Assembly (NCBI GenBank): GCA_003971905.1
Contig: RSEE01000019.1
Location: 496,001-560,000, forward strand
Origin: Moniliella sp. 'wahieum'
Taxonomy: Eukaryota
DNA: 64,000 nucleotides
Direction: 5' to 3'
Shown: piece after piece, positions 1 to 12,832 of the stretch
How positions within the stretch are numbered: the stretch's first letter is position 1
How the letters are laid out: every line of letters starts with the position of its first letter
The notes under the pieces: generated by a model
What the model saw: the letters and a program-made list of their open reading frames with translations, nothing else
Databases searched by the model: none
Told to the model about the DNA's origin: nothing
Program-made: the position numbers and the translations under genes

Positions 1-3000
1 GCCCAAATCTGGGACCACTCCATGCGGATACGACCCATGTTGTAGTATGATATCTCCACCAGCTTTTGCAGAGAGAAGAGCCGTGGGGACTGTCATCCCG
101 CTCGATTGGATCTCTTCCCACGATACGGCACACAGGGCCTCGACAAAGTCCACGATCGCTGTGCCGGAAAGCCGGGGCGTTTGACTAAACACCTTGTCGG
201 CTGCCACGGTCACCTCAGTGCTAGCACCGGCCTGACCACATCCACCGCAGGAAGACGGGAAGGTTTGCTGCGCAGGTCCATATTGCTGCTGCTGAAGAGC
301 GCCGCCAGTGCATGAGTATTGCTAAGCGGGTAGTTCTTGGAGGGCGATCGATTATGGGCAAGCGCCGACCCAGGTCGGAAGGTGGCTTTCATTCACTCCA
401 CCACTTATGAGCTGAAAACGTTCCAGTTGTGATACGCCGGTCAGCACTTCTCTCCACGATGACTTGAGATAGTTTCCTTCCGTTAGAGCGATGCCAAGCA
501 GGCATTTGATTGCCTCAATGTGCTTCGGCTGCATCTCGCCAAGTTGTTGAGGAAGGTGAACTTGGCCAGGGTGGTAACAAAGGCGTTGCGTTCGAGCTCC
601 AGATCAAAAGGCAAGATGTGTGATAGCGTCCTTGAAGGCAGTAAGGCAGAGGTGAACAATGACCATCACTTGTTTCCTGCATCGGGCCAGAGAGTCCAGC
701 CAGGATCGGCATCCAAGCCACCTCGAACATGGGCTTAACGTGATCCATGTGCGTTGCGGAGAAGAAGCGCTCCACTGCCGCGCGTTGCTCGGGGCCAACC
801 TGCGCCGGGCCCGTACCATGGAACGAAAGAGTGCCTCGGTCTTGGTGGCCATACCCTCCGATTGAGCTTCGTACGCGCGCGCGGGTCCCGTCCCACCCCC
901 GCGATGAACCCTGCAATGGCTGGTGCAGGGGATGGAGGCGCCACTTCGTCCCGCATCTTGATCTCGTTGGCGACAATGCTCTCGTAGACCTCGCGTGGTA
1001 GTCTTCCGGGAGAGATTGGCCATCATCAATGCCTTTGTTGTTACGGATGAAATCTTGCAGCGACATGCGCTGCTTCACTTGGGGATTGTGGGCATCCGTG
1101 TTGAGGAGGATGATAATAAGCAAAGACATAGGCGGTGTCGGCGGTAGCAAAGACGCCCGGGTTGCCGAGCACATAGCGCTCGGCAAATTTGAGCATGAAC
1201 CGGTCGATCATTTGCGCCTCGCCGGGCAGACGGAATGTTTGGAGGTAGCGGCGCAATGCCGTCAAAAAGTGGAAGTCTTTGAAGTTCATCAGATCTACAA
1301 AAGCATGCATGGTGGCAATGTGACTGGGATCGCCCGAGCCAAGGTATTCGCCAATCCGGGCCTTGTTGAGTCCATCAGCATACAATAGGAACCGGGCGAT
1401 GTCCTTGGGCTCGGCCGAGGGAATAAACCGATTCTGGACCAGGAAAGCGATACCCCGTTTGGGTTTCTCGTTAAACATGCGGATTCCCTCCAGTAGCATT
1501 GTCTTCCGCGCTTTGGCTGACTCGAACCGGGACGGATCATCCTCCTGCTGAAGGGGATCGGGCACGGATAAGTGGAGAGGAAACCGCACTTCCTCTACTG
1601 GGCTTTCCGGCTTTGCATCTGCTGAATCGAGGCTGGCCCTCGGTGAAGAGGCAGACTCCTCCTCAATTGTGCTTCGGCTGGCCCATTGGACCAGGGAGTG
1701 GAGCACAGCAACCAAGCATTCGAGACTTTGACGTTTGAGGTGGGCTTCGATCGGCATACTGACTTCCTCCGCCGTCAGTGTGGTGAGGCTGCAGACCAAG
1801 CGCTGCCAAGCCTGGTTCATTACCCTTTTGGAGCGCCAACAAGGGAAGGGGCTCGGGAGGACCCAGCGACGTTCCTAGCTGGGTCTGACTGATCTTGGAC
1901 ACATGTTGACCAAGCGCTCATACACATTCTCCAATGCGGCTCGGTCACAGTCGTAGTTGATGTACACCTCCACCAATGCCTGGGGATTTTGACACAGGCG
2001 GAGTAACACCGAAAGCAAGATGGATTTTGCGTTGCTGTGGATGTACGCATCTCGAGGATTGGCAGGAAAATTTCGTTGAAAAGGACCTCGAGCTCTTTCT
2101 GGAAGCGATGGAAGTAGGTCAGTCGATGTATAGAGAATATCTAAACCACGCTCGGTGTAGGGAACGTACTTTGACAAAGGGGCGCAGACCTTCAAGTGTC
2201 AACCAAAAGATCTCAACCGCCAGTTGGAAGACTTGATTGACCGAACTAACCGCGTTGCGGCTGAGCGACAAGAAGATGTATTGTTTGACGGCATGGATGA
2301 AAGACAATACTCTTCGTTCGTGTGCGAGCGGATCTTCACACTTGGACTGGCAAAGATCGCCATATGGTGTTTGAGGATGACATAAATCAAATGAAGTGAT
2401 AAGATCTTGCTTCGCACCCCCTGGCTTTTGCTGTCGCGCTCATCATCAGCACTTAAAGACTTCATGGAAAGTTTGCACAGTGTGCGTAACAAGGAAAGCG
2501 TCCTTAATGTAAAGCTCTTGTAGGTCATTCCAGCGCCAACCATGGAGGGCTGGATCTCGCTACCAGCTTGAAAAGACTTGCGCGCCTCGAGAGCTTGAAC
2601 GTCGATGGTTCGTCACCACTATCGGGCGCGAGGGTGGCACGAGATGCAGATGGAGACAAGGAAGTTAAGGTGGGCCGCGGAGACGGAGGGGCTGTGGAGG
2701 TCGATGGCCCGGGAAATGCGGGAGAAGACATGGTGCACCATCTGAGTCAGGCTGGCTTGGGCCACCGCTTGGTTAGCCGTGATACGCGATGAGAGAAAAA
2801 TGTTGTAGACGTGCGAATGGCCTTGAGAAGGCCGCTTTGATGGATATGGCTCGTGCTACTGACCACCATCATGAGAAGGGCCTTGATAATCTGAAGCTCG
2901 GTCTGTGCATCCGACGATTCGGTAAATGCGTCGCACACCGTGTTCGTCACAATGTCCGCCAGGGATATCGGCGTCGACTGGCTCGGCTGAAGCGTGGCGA

Positions 3001-4299
3001 ACGGATCAGGTTCAGCAAAAAAGTCAAAAGAGATGAGCTTGCCAATACAGTCGATGGAAGCCGGGACAAGAACATGGCTGCGAGTCAAACAAGCAAGCCG
3101 AAGAGGCTCTAAAATAACTCGCGCATCAAGCTTCGTATTGGGAAATGCTGAAGCAGGGGAGTCATGATTGGTAGAAGTTGCGGCAGAAGAGCCGGTGGGG
3201 GCAGCCGAATTGGCCTTCTGAGCCATAACCAATGCGTCATCAGAAGCTTTCTTGAGCTCTTCGTTCTTGCGTGCCTCCTTGCTCTTGTTGATTGTCTCCA
3301 GAGCTGTTACGACAAAGACCAATGATCCACGGCTAAGGTTGGCATGCGACGGAGGGGCAGCGATGCTGACGGTAGATGTTGTCGAAACTGACCGAGAAAG
3401 GCCAGGGACACCATTAGAGGGAGGATGGCTTTCCCCTGTGTTTGACCGTTCGCTCCGCTGGCAGTAGGGGGCGGGAGAGTTTGCTTGTCAGCAGCCACAT
3501 CCTTGCTCGCCTCCACTGGAACAACAGGAGCCTTGGCCTCATGCACGACAACCTGTGGAGGAGCACCTGGCGCTTTGTTGGGCACATCGTCTGCCACCTT
3601 TTCTTCGCCAGATTTGGTTTCATTGAGACTGAATCGGGCGCTGGTGGTGCCTCAACAGGAGGTGCCTCGCTTTTCCCCACTTGCGTGTTGACCGCTGGGG
3701 CGGAAGAGGAGGTAGCTTCAACCGAAGGAGATGCGGGGCTTGAAATCAGCACCGTGGGGGTATCCCCTACCGGAGGGATTCCATCTTCATTGCTTGGTTC
3801 GGGCAGTGGAGGAAGGTCATGCTCAGGCTCACTCGAAGGAGGAGGCTCGATGGCAGGGTGTTCCAAGGGGGGGCGGGCCGCGGGGGGGCGGGTTCATCGG
3901 TCAAGTCCAACAGCGAGCCGGTGGTGGGGAGAGAGTCGGGCGCAGGTGTAGGAGCCGAGACGGGCACCAGATCAGGAGTGGTTTCCAGACCAGATGCAGG
4001 CGCCGACGCAGAGGCAGGGGCGGGGACAGTGGGTGAGTCCAGCGCGGGGACGGGGGCCGGAGGCGGCTGGGACGGGGTGGGATCGGCAGCCGGCTTGGCG
4101 GGAAGAAAGGGTGGCGTGGAGACACCGTCGGGACCAGGCGCGGGCGGGGTGGCCGTGCTCGGCGGCAGGCCCGGCGGTGGCGGAGTGCATGCGGGCAGGC
4201 GGGGGGCGCGGGGGCGGAGGTGGTGGTGGCAGCGCGCCGGCAGCTGGCTGGCCCAACCACCGGCCTGTCACCAGCACAGCCGAGCGAGACGTGGAGCAT
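1..4299 (-). CDS. SEC7: Large ARF guanine-nucleotide exchange factor (Sec7/BIG family); runs off the left edge; many indel frameshifts; start uncertain
   Basis: Collinear minus-strand fragments: DCB region ([20 protein letters not shown]), HUS box ([11 protein letters not shown]...NVYERL), Sec7 domain ([48 protein letters not shown]) and HDS region ([27 protein letters not shown]). The N-terminus is Pro/Glu-rich. Confidence 0.95.
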
Positions 4300-4773
4300 G
4301 TCTCATATCACCTCTTTGGACACTCGCCGCCGCTTGGCTCCACGTCACGTGTCCGCTGCCGCTGCTGCCCCTCAAAAGCACCGCCTAACCCTAACGCCCA
4401 CAGCCAGCCTGGCCGCTCACCCGCCCAACCGGAGCGCCACTGCCTCGCCTGCTGCCCCTCGCACGCTGGCCTCGTCACCGCGCCAACCAAGCAACCTACA
4501 GCAAAATGCTTTTCTACTCGACGCCACCTCCCTTCCTTCCTTGGCTCGGCTCAGCCCCGCCAGCTCATCCCCATCAGGGTTCAATGTTCAACGTTCAACT
4601 CGTTCACGCCCAGCAGGCGGATGGATGTTGCCCAGCAACACCAACCCGACTACTGCATAGACAATGCAATCAATACTAGGATGCAAGTGGGGCAAGAGCA
4701 GGCCGGTCGCCAGAAACGAAATCATGATACAACTGGGGCAAGAGAAACAGGGCAGAAGGTGTGGGACGCAGCG

Positions 4774-7700
4774 CTAGTGAAAAAAGCGAAACAGGGGCAA
4801 CAGGGGCAAAGCAAGAACCGAGTCATAGCACGTGTTGGGCAGCAGAACATTATTACTTCTTGTCGGGGAAGAGGAGGTGGATGTTTGTTTCTGTCGACCC
4901 TTGTCGACGGTCGAAGTGCGGTTGCGCTTGCGAATCACGTCCGACTTGAGCGACAGGGGTCGTACGACCCCATGCAATTTGTAGAACAGCCCACAGGCAT
5001 TGCACAGCGGGTGCCCTTCGGGAGCGCGCCGCCACAAGGGCGTCTTGGTCGTATGGCAGTTGGTACACGTCATTTGGTCCGCCCCTTCCTCCACGGCGAC
5101 TTTGCCTTTGCGCTCGGTGCGCGGCTTGGAACCCGAGGGAGCACGGCGGTGCTTGGACACTACCGGCGCTGGCACCGGCGACGGCGTGGTCACCCCCGTG
5201 TTGGGCGTGCCAGGCTGAGACAACCCCCGCGCGGCCGAGTAGGCTGCTGACTCTTTCTCCCTTCCGGCCAGATTCGCAACACTCAGCCTCGGGCTCCCAT
5301 GAATAGAATCCGTCTCGTCGGGTTCAGCAAACAATGTCCTTCCCACGCTTCCCCGGCCAAGAGTAGGAGTGTGTCCTTGGCACTGGGGTGATTGAGAAGG
5401 GAAGGATCGACCGTCCCCATCTCCGACGGATCCGGGAGCGAATTCGACGAGGTTCTCAGCCGAGCCATGCTCGGGCGAAAGGAGAGAAAGCAGTGTCGAA
5501 GAGGAGTTGGCCTGCATTAACATGCTCGTCAAGCTGGCCAGGTCCGGGACTGTGGCGCCCTGTCCCGACGGATCGGCACACCAGAACGGGATCAGGGGTC
5601 CAGACGGCGTTGTCGCAGCCGTGTGGGCATCACTCGCTCCACTGCCACTAGGACTAGCGCGAGTGCTGGCACTGGTGGATTCCGTGCTAAACCGCCGGTA
5701 GACGAGGCAGAAACGGGCATCGGTGGAAGCGGACCCGACCGGGCTGAGGTGGGCACAGCAACCGGCTGACTCACAGCGGTTGCGGAATAAGGGCGGCCAA
5801 AGCGATTGAGACCGGCGGCGATACGCTGGTCAACAGTGGTGGGAAGATGCCGAAGGGGTCGAGCCGCCTTGTCGATGTGCGTTGTGGAGGCACTCAGGTC
5901 CTCGTCCAAATCCATATCGACCGCTCCGCGGGAACGCTTCCTTGTGCCGGACGCACGCGATTCCGAGGAGGGTTCGGCAAGACCAGGGAGGGAAACATAC
6001 TTTCCCATAGCGTAACTCTGGGCACGCGCATGGTGTCCAGTCCCTACAACAGGAGATGTGACGGGACTGTCTTGGCCAGACAGTGGCGTGTGTGCCACAG
6101 AGGTTTGAGTAGGAGACGTGGCGGAGTAAAGACTGTGATCAAAACTAGTCTTTCGTACCAGACGCGGGAGAAAGTCCCAGTCAGGATCACGGTTGACCGG
6201 CGCCTCGGCAAAGTCGTCTGGGTTGGCACCAGGCACACTGGCCAACAGACGGGGGGGAGCACCGTATGCGACGGCTTCTCTTGATGCCGTCGATGAATCG
6301 CGGGGGTGGAACGAGGCAAAAGGCGCCAAGTTCTCAAACATACTTAGGTCCATCATCCCCATCTCTGTTGATGGGGTTTGTGCATTGTCATCCAAATTGA
6401 GGAGATTACCGGAGAGCCCGGCAGTGCCTTGCCATGCACCATCTCCATAAAAGGGGCTCTGTCCACCAGTGGGTGTAGTGGGGATGATAGGAGATGCAGT
6501 CGAGGTCCGGTGGGTTCGGTCCCGGTCAGTGGGAGATCGTATGTCGGCACGATTGACCTCCATCGCATCCGTGACTACAGCTCGACGGAACTCGGCTCGA
6601 ATGCGCTCTTGGCGTTTTCGGCGTTCCCATTCACCGTCAGATGAATCGTCATCGTCATGTTCGTTGTCAAAACTGGACTCGGGCGCCTTAAAGCCTTCGT
6701 CAAAGCCAGGAAATTGACCAAAGGCAAGGGCAGTCGCCGCAGGAAGCGAAGCACTCATCATGTGGAGGTGCTGTGCGGAGTTGTCGGTTTCGTCGTGGTC
6801 CTTGTCGTGTCCAAGAGTGGCGGTGGAGTCCTTGACACCACTATACCAACGGCGACGAGAACGAGATCGTGCAAACCCGTCGACTGTACCGGTACAACGA
6901 GTGGACAGGGGTCCGATTGAGCGCGAACGGGAGCGGGTGGAGGATGCGTTGGCCCGGGGAACAGACCAGTCTGATGATTGGGGCCCAGTGGGTCGGTGGA
7001 TGGGGGAAAGTGGGACGGGGGCGCCGGGCTTGCGGGCTTGTCTGACTCCGCATGCGACGAAGGCGGGGCCGGGGGGAAAGACAGTTCGGGCACGACGGGC
7101 TGAACCGGCGTCATGTGTGATGATGGCGCAAGCACGGGGGGAGTAACGCCCCGTGAGGACGGCGACTACGTCCGCGCGAGGGAGAACGGGACGTGTTGGA
7201 AGCACGCGCGGTTGAAGGAAAGGAAGTCATGTGCGACGTGGCTGGTGCTGACATAGGGGTGGCACCAGGCAGGTTGAAAGTGAATCCCTGCAGCCCAAAG
7301 AGAGACGGTTGTGGCGTATCACGTTTGCGCAAGTTGAGGTTCATCAGCCGCCAGGTTAAATTCTAAAGGCAGCACGCCACCAAATTACAACAGCGAATTC
7401 GTCAGCGCTCCTGTCTATAGCAGCGAAAGAGTAACACAGGGGGGATTTCGCTACACACCTCGATTCGCATGTTGTTGTCCGCCTCCAATGCCTTGGCCTG
7501 GATCATCCGGTAGATTGCCTGGGGAAGGGCTACGTTTCCCGGACCAGTTATCGGAGTTGTCAAACCGGCTGCAGCGACCAGGTCTGCCATTTCGCCTTGC
7601 TCGATGATGGTACGAAACGCAACCCAGTCAGGCTCACCTGTTGTTTGGGTCGCCCCGGCCAACTTGGCAAGGGAAGCGAACCAACCGTACAGGTCGGGGT

Positions 7701-8990
7701 CCTCCACCTCAGGCCTGGTTCCGTTGGGCCAAGTGGGGGTTGGCCAGAAGCCCGCCCAAGCCACCCGGGTAACGAGAGGCTGCTGAGCGGGTTGGTCAAC
7801 GGTGGGGGTGCGGTGGAGGCACTGGCTGAACTTGCACAGCCAGAGAAGGTGGTAACTGGGTCTGTTGCTGCTGAGCCTGCTGCGCCACCTGGGCTTGCTG
7901 TGGCGGCTAGCTAACAAGGCCACCATGGCGGCCATGTATTGCTGTTGCTGTTGCATAGCCGGGGTGAGGGGTACCTGGTTGGGGGCCATGCCCGGCTGCA
8001 AGCCCAAAAATGGGTGAAACCCTGCAACCGCGGAGCGCAGTGGAATTCGGGGGAGGGTGTGGACTGGGATTGACGCTGTTGAACAAGGCAGCAACTGAAC
8101 CCCACACATTGTTGCTAGCCGCCAGGTTGGGCAACGACTGGGGGAAAGGAAACCCCTGGCCTGGGTGCTGCATTGGCGCTGAGGGTTGGCTCAAACTCGG
8201 GCCGATTGGGACAGGCATCGGTGCATGCAGGGGTGTCACGGGCGCAGTATGGGACGACCCCATATGGAACGTGGGAGGCTGGCCTGCCATCAAGGCAGGA
8301 ATGGAACAGATGTGGGTGTGCCTGCTTCGGAAGCCTCAGCAGGAGTCTGTTCCGACGACGGAGGAAGTTGCAGCTCTGCCTGCTCTGGCGTAGAATCGAG
8401 GCCAACGTCAGTGTCGAGCAGGTCGGAAAAGGACATGGTGCCAAACACATCTTCATCCGCCTGCGCATGGGCGGATGGAGGTGAGGCAGACGAGGGCGTC
8501 GCGTCAGAACCGGAAGGGATGGAAGGCGCCGTCGCATGCGCAGCGCGAAGGGCGGCAGCTTGGTGCATGGCACGCTCAGAGCTGACGCTTGGACGCAGTC
8601 GACAGCCGAGAGCGGGAGCGAGGGGGGGGTACCGCTGGAGCGGGGTCCGCGGGCGTGGAAGAGGAGATGCAGAACCGGAACGGGTGCTGCCGCCAAGGCA
8701 GATGGGGACAGAGAGACGGACGCGGAGGCAGAGATGGATGAGTTCTCCAGGCCAGCGCCCATGGCAAAGCGGTGGCAGTAGTGGTGGGGGAGGAGGAGGA
8801 GGAGGAGTCTGTGGTGGTGGGACGGGTGGCTGCCCTCCCAAGCGTACTCTGCGCCGCGCCGGCATGGCGACGACGCAGGGTAGCAGGCGGGCATAATACT
8901 GACTCGGGCATTGCAGCCAAGGCTTGGGGCCTGGCTGCCCCTGTGCGGGGGCGAGCGGCGAGAGACGGACACACTGGCCGGATGGCCCAT
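4774..8990 (-). CDS. areA: AreA/Nit2/Gat1-type nitrogen-regulatory GATA transcription factor; both ends approximate
   Basis: GATA finger [14 protein letters not shown]...[30 protein letters not shown] at about 4920-5070, and motif RLVRKTSFD. The DUF1752-like motif MRIE|NLTWRLM is reconstituted by splicing an intron at 7363-7458 (GT...GCTGAC...AG). Confidence 0.92.
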
Positions 8991-9343
8991 GATGTGTCCG
9001 GTGGTACCCGGGCGGCCGACACTGGTGGGCTGCGGTGTAGAAGCCCTGGCAGTTGGGCCTACAAGTAGCGGCGGGGGTGCAGTCTTCGGCCCTGCCCCTC
9101 GGCCCGGACGGCAGCAGACTGCAGCGGGGTGTGCCCTGGGGTGCTGGTGCGCAGCGCACGGCCCCTGCCAGACCCTGGGTGCAGCACACGGCCAGTGCTG
9201 GAAGCCGCCCTAGGTGGCGAAATGCAGCACCCAGACCCTAGCTGTCGCCATCACATGTGACACATACGTAGAAGTACACAGGGCATGTGCCTGGTGTCTT
9301 TCATCAACTTCAGATGGCACACGCAGTAGGGCAGAGGAAATAA

Positions 9344-9353
9344 TTATCTTATC
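9344..9353 (-). promoter_or_regulatory. Tandem GATAA sites upstream of the GATA factor gene
   Basis: TTATCTTATC on + reads GATAAGATAA on the gene's strand, about 350 bp upstream of the putative start. Confidence 0.35.
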
Positions 9354-10402
9354 ACGTTCTGGGCCACCGTCCAGCGCATCGTCCTCGCAAGTGAAATGGA
9401 AACGCGCCGCCAGAGAAGCGGTGCGATCGCCACCACCCAGGCTGGGACCGCATTGCATATTTATTGGACAGGAGGATGCAGCGAGTGGATCGGACTCTAA
9501 TACCAGCAGCGCTATATCAGCACATCCCCTATCCATGCGAATACAGTAGCATTCGCATCAACACAAGAAAGCGAGAGAGAAGGGTGCAGCTGTGTGTGGT
9601 TGTTCTTTCGCGGTACCCGAGACGCTCTAATAAAAGGCCCAGCTCGTGTGCAAACCCTCTTCCCTTTTTGATGTATCACTTGCTCTTAAGAAATGCTAAG
9701 CGCTAAGCTCGCATAAAGCCCACAGTTGCCGCATGCATTGCACCAAGAGCTGCATCAACATGTAACAAGGGTGCCATAATTATGCTTCGAATCGGCATGA
9801 TTGGAATCATCGGTGACTAGCACCTGTCATCGATCAGCAACTGTGACATGTGACATGTGACGTGTGATCATCGATCAATGATTGATGATCACCTGGATCA
9901 CCGCGTTGTATTCGTGTCTTGCAACAAAGACATGGACTCCTGTCTTTATATATGCTTTCCAGCCACACTCTCGACCCCCTCGCGAAAATCGATTACCACC
10001 TCTCCGGCTTCAAGCTCTTCAAGCTTCAGGTGAAGCTTCAGGGACCACCGATGGCACCAGGCTTGCCCTATTCCGGACACGCAAGGTGTAATCCATATTA
10101 CTCGGCAGCGCTGTGAAGCTTGAAAAAGGAGTATGTGTAGTGAATTGAGAGACGAGTAATAATAAACGGTCGCCGGGAGACACTTGAGAAGCTAGGGCCT
10201 CTGAGGTCTTCGGATGAAGAAGCTGCCAGTTAATAAGATCATTCTGATTCCAGTTGATTGACCTGTTTGGTGCATGCATTGTCCCAGACCGAGTCAAGAA
10301 TATAGCCGGCAGGGATGTCCACACGAGCATTCCGGTGCTGCGGAGAGGCGGAGGCAAGCTGAGAGGTGGAAGCTGACCGACACACATAGTAAACGTTAAA
10401 CG

Positions 10403-12193
10403 TTAAACCTTGGGTTTTTTCGTCTCGGACTCCGCCGCTTCTTCTCCTCCACCCGCCCGCTTCTTCGCCTCCGCGCTCGTCTTAGCCTGCCCAACCAGTG
10501 GCGGCGGCGGTGCCCCGGCTCTCCAGGTCAACTTGCTAGCCCAGTGGTCCTCGCGCAGGCGAGCCTGGCCTACACCATACAAGTGCTCACGACAGTGAGA
10601 CCAACCGTGGTCCCCTCGCCAAATCCAGGCTGGCCCGTGTGCTTGCGTGGAAGCGGCACCCCCGTTGAAGTCGGGTAATCGTCCCAGACGTGGCCCCGAC
10701 GCTGCAATTCGGGAACAAGCTTATCGACAGCGCGACTTGGGTACCAGGTGTCACGGCATAGGCAAAGTTAAACCCATCCACCCCAGCCTCGGTTACCCAG
10801 CGCTCCAGCGTATCCGCCACCTTTGTCACCGACCCACGCACGACCGGACCCAGTCCTCCCACCGTCAGCTGCTCCGCCACCGCCCGCTTGGTCCACCGGC
10901 CCACCTCGGGCGCATTCTTGGCAAAACCCTCGACGGCAGATTGAATTGCGTTGCCCTTGCTGCCTGGTGGCGCCAGCTCCTCCTCATCGTCATAGCCCGA
11001 CAGATCGATCCCCGTCCATCCACCAAACAGGGCCAGGGCGCCCTCCCCGCTGCCTTGCTCAACCCAAGCCTTGTATTGCTCTTCTGCCTCCTCATCCGTC
11101 TCGGCAACAATGACTGTCAGCAACGCCAGCACCTTGATCGAATCCTCGTCCCGTCCTGCATCTTTGGCTGCCTGCCGTGCTGCATCGACCCGTTTCTTGG
11201 CCAGCTCGGGCTTGTGGGCGGCAATAAAGATGGCCTCGGCGTGTTTTCCAGCAAAGGCCAGACCCGGACCAGAGGAACCCGCTGGAAAATGAGCGGAGTA
11301 CGCTGGGCACTGGGATGAACCAAGTGGGGACCGGGAACGTGAGGGTAGTGCTCACCCTAAGTTAAGATACAGAGGCCAACAGGGTCAGCAAAATTGATCT
11401 ACTATATAGGATCAACAGTATAGCAAGCTGAAACGGAAGATCTCCTGAAAGACATACCCTGTGATTGATCTGGCGTACCCGCTCGGGCCGCGTATAAATT
11501 TGTTAGCCACGTCCAACGCCACAGCATCGTCTGCCCAGCTGCCCTCCCACAGCTTAAAGACCACATCGAGGTACTCTGTTTCCGAGAGAAGGTTTTGATG
11601 TGTCATTTGTTAGATCACGGTACAAAAGAAACAAAAGGAAGTGGGCGCATGACCTCTCATCACGTACCGTGAGCAATTTCGTAGCGCTTCGCATGGAGCT
11701 CATTACTTTCGCTCCCAAAGTTGCGAGCAGCCGAGTCCAGGTAACCCGTGACCACGTTCCATCCCACCCGACCATTGGTCAGATGATCCAGTGTGGAAAA
11801 ACGGCGAGCCAGCGCATACGGGTGCTCAAACGAGGTAGTTGCCGTCACGCCAAAAGTAAGGTTGGACGTGACGTGGGCCATGGCACTGACTGCCAACTGA
11901 GGATCGGTAACAGGGAACTGGGCCCCGGAACGAAGCGCAGCATCGAGAGAGCCGCCGTACACGTCGTACCCTCCCCAGACGTCGGCAAGAAAGAGGCCAT
12001 CAAATTTGCCTCGCTCCAAGAGCTGAGCCAAGTCGGTCCAGTAGCCCAATGTGTCAAAGTTGCTGGACTTATCCCCGTTGGCAGTCCACAGCCCAGGCGA
12101 CTGATGGCCAGCGCAGGACATATCGAACGCATAGAGAAGCCAACGCTTCTCCGACTTGGGGGAGGGGGAAGCAATCGTAGCGGAGGGCGCCAT
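10403..12193 (-). CDS. Flavin-dependent luciferase-like monooxygenase, DszA/NtaA/SnaA family
   Basis: Motifs YWTDLAQLLERGKFDGLFLADV, PYALARRFSTLDHLTNGRVGWNVVTGY, EYLDVVFKLWEGSW and GSVTKVADTLERWVTEAGVDGFN. Probable introns near 11575-11665 and 11355-11455. Ends KKPKV* with the stop at 10403-10405. Confidence 0.93.
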
Positions 12194-12832
12194 TTCGTTG
12201 GTCAGAAGCAGCCGTAAAGCGGAGCAGGTGGTGATTTTATACACGAACTTTCCTGCACTTCATGGAGATAACCTGGCGGGGATCGGTATGGTCCGTGCTA
12301 CAAGCTCGTGCTAAGCGAGATGGACGAATAATATAGGAAAGGCAAGGGAATATAAGGAAGTGACTAACCCTAGGGTATATCAGTGTTGGTCAGATGGGTG
12401 CATGACACTGCGCTTGTGCCAGCCACGCATCAAACGGCCTTCACGATTGCGCCATCCCCAAAGATGTTGTGATCCGACAGCTATTATATGATTCTGGTCG
12501 ACACGGTTTTGATGCAGTGAATTACCGGTATGCCCGCATGTTCGGCACTTCAACGTCGGCAACCGTTCCTTACGTGTCTATTGATTCCGATCGATGACGC
12601 GGATGACGAGATAGGCCTCACCTCGCTGGTCTCTACAAGTGTCACTCGCACTTCGCTCACCTGTCACTTCTAGTCGCTCGCATTCCTATCTATATACTAC
12701 CGGGAAACGGCTTGGAGTCCATCAATGTGAAAAAGGTGCATTTTCACATGTACATAGCAGCAACATAACCGGATAATTCTTGTTAGCGGCTCGCAAGAAA
12801 GGATATGGGGCCCCACACTTCGAAGATCCCCC

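Noticed and set aside
3994..5250. 418-aa plus-strand ORF and other long antisense ORFs (e.g. 17876-18802, 18592-19563, 53334-53909)
   Set aside because: They are shadows of real GC-rich genes on the opposite strand and show no motifs.
10403..12193. Bacterial contamination or recent horizontal transfer of the DszA-like gene
   Set aside because: It has apparent spliceosomal introns and sits among fungal genes of similar composition.
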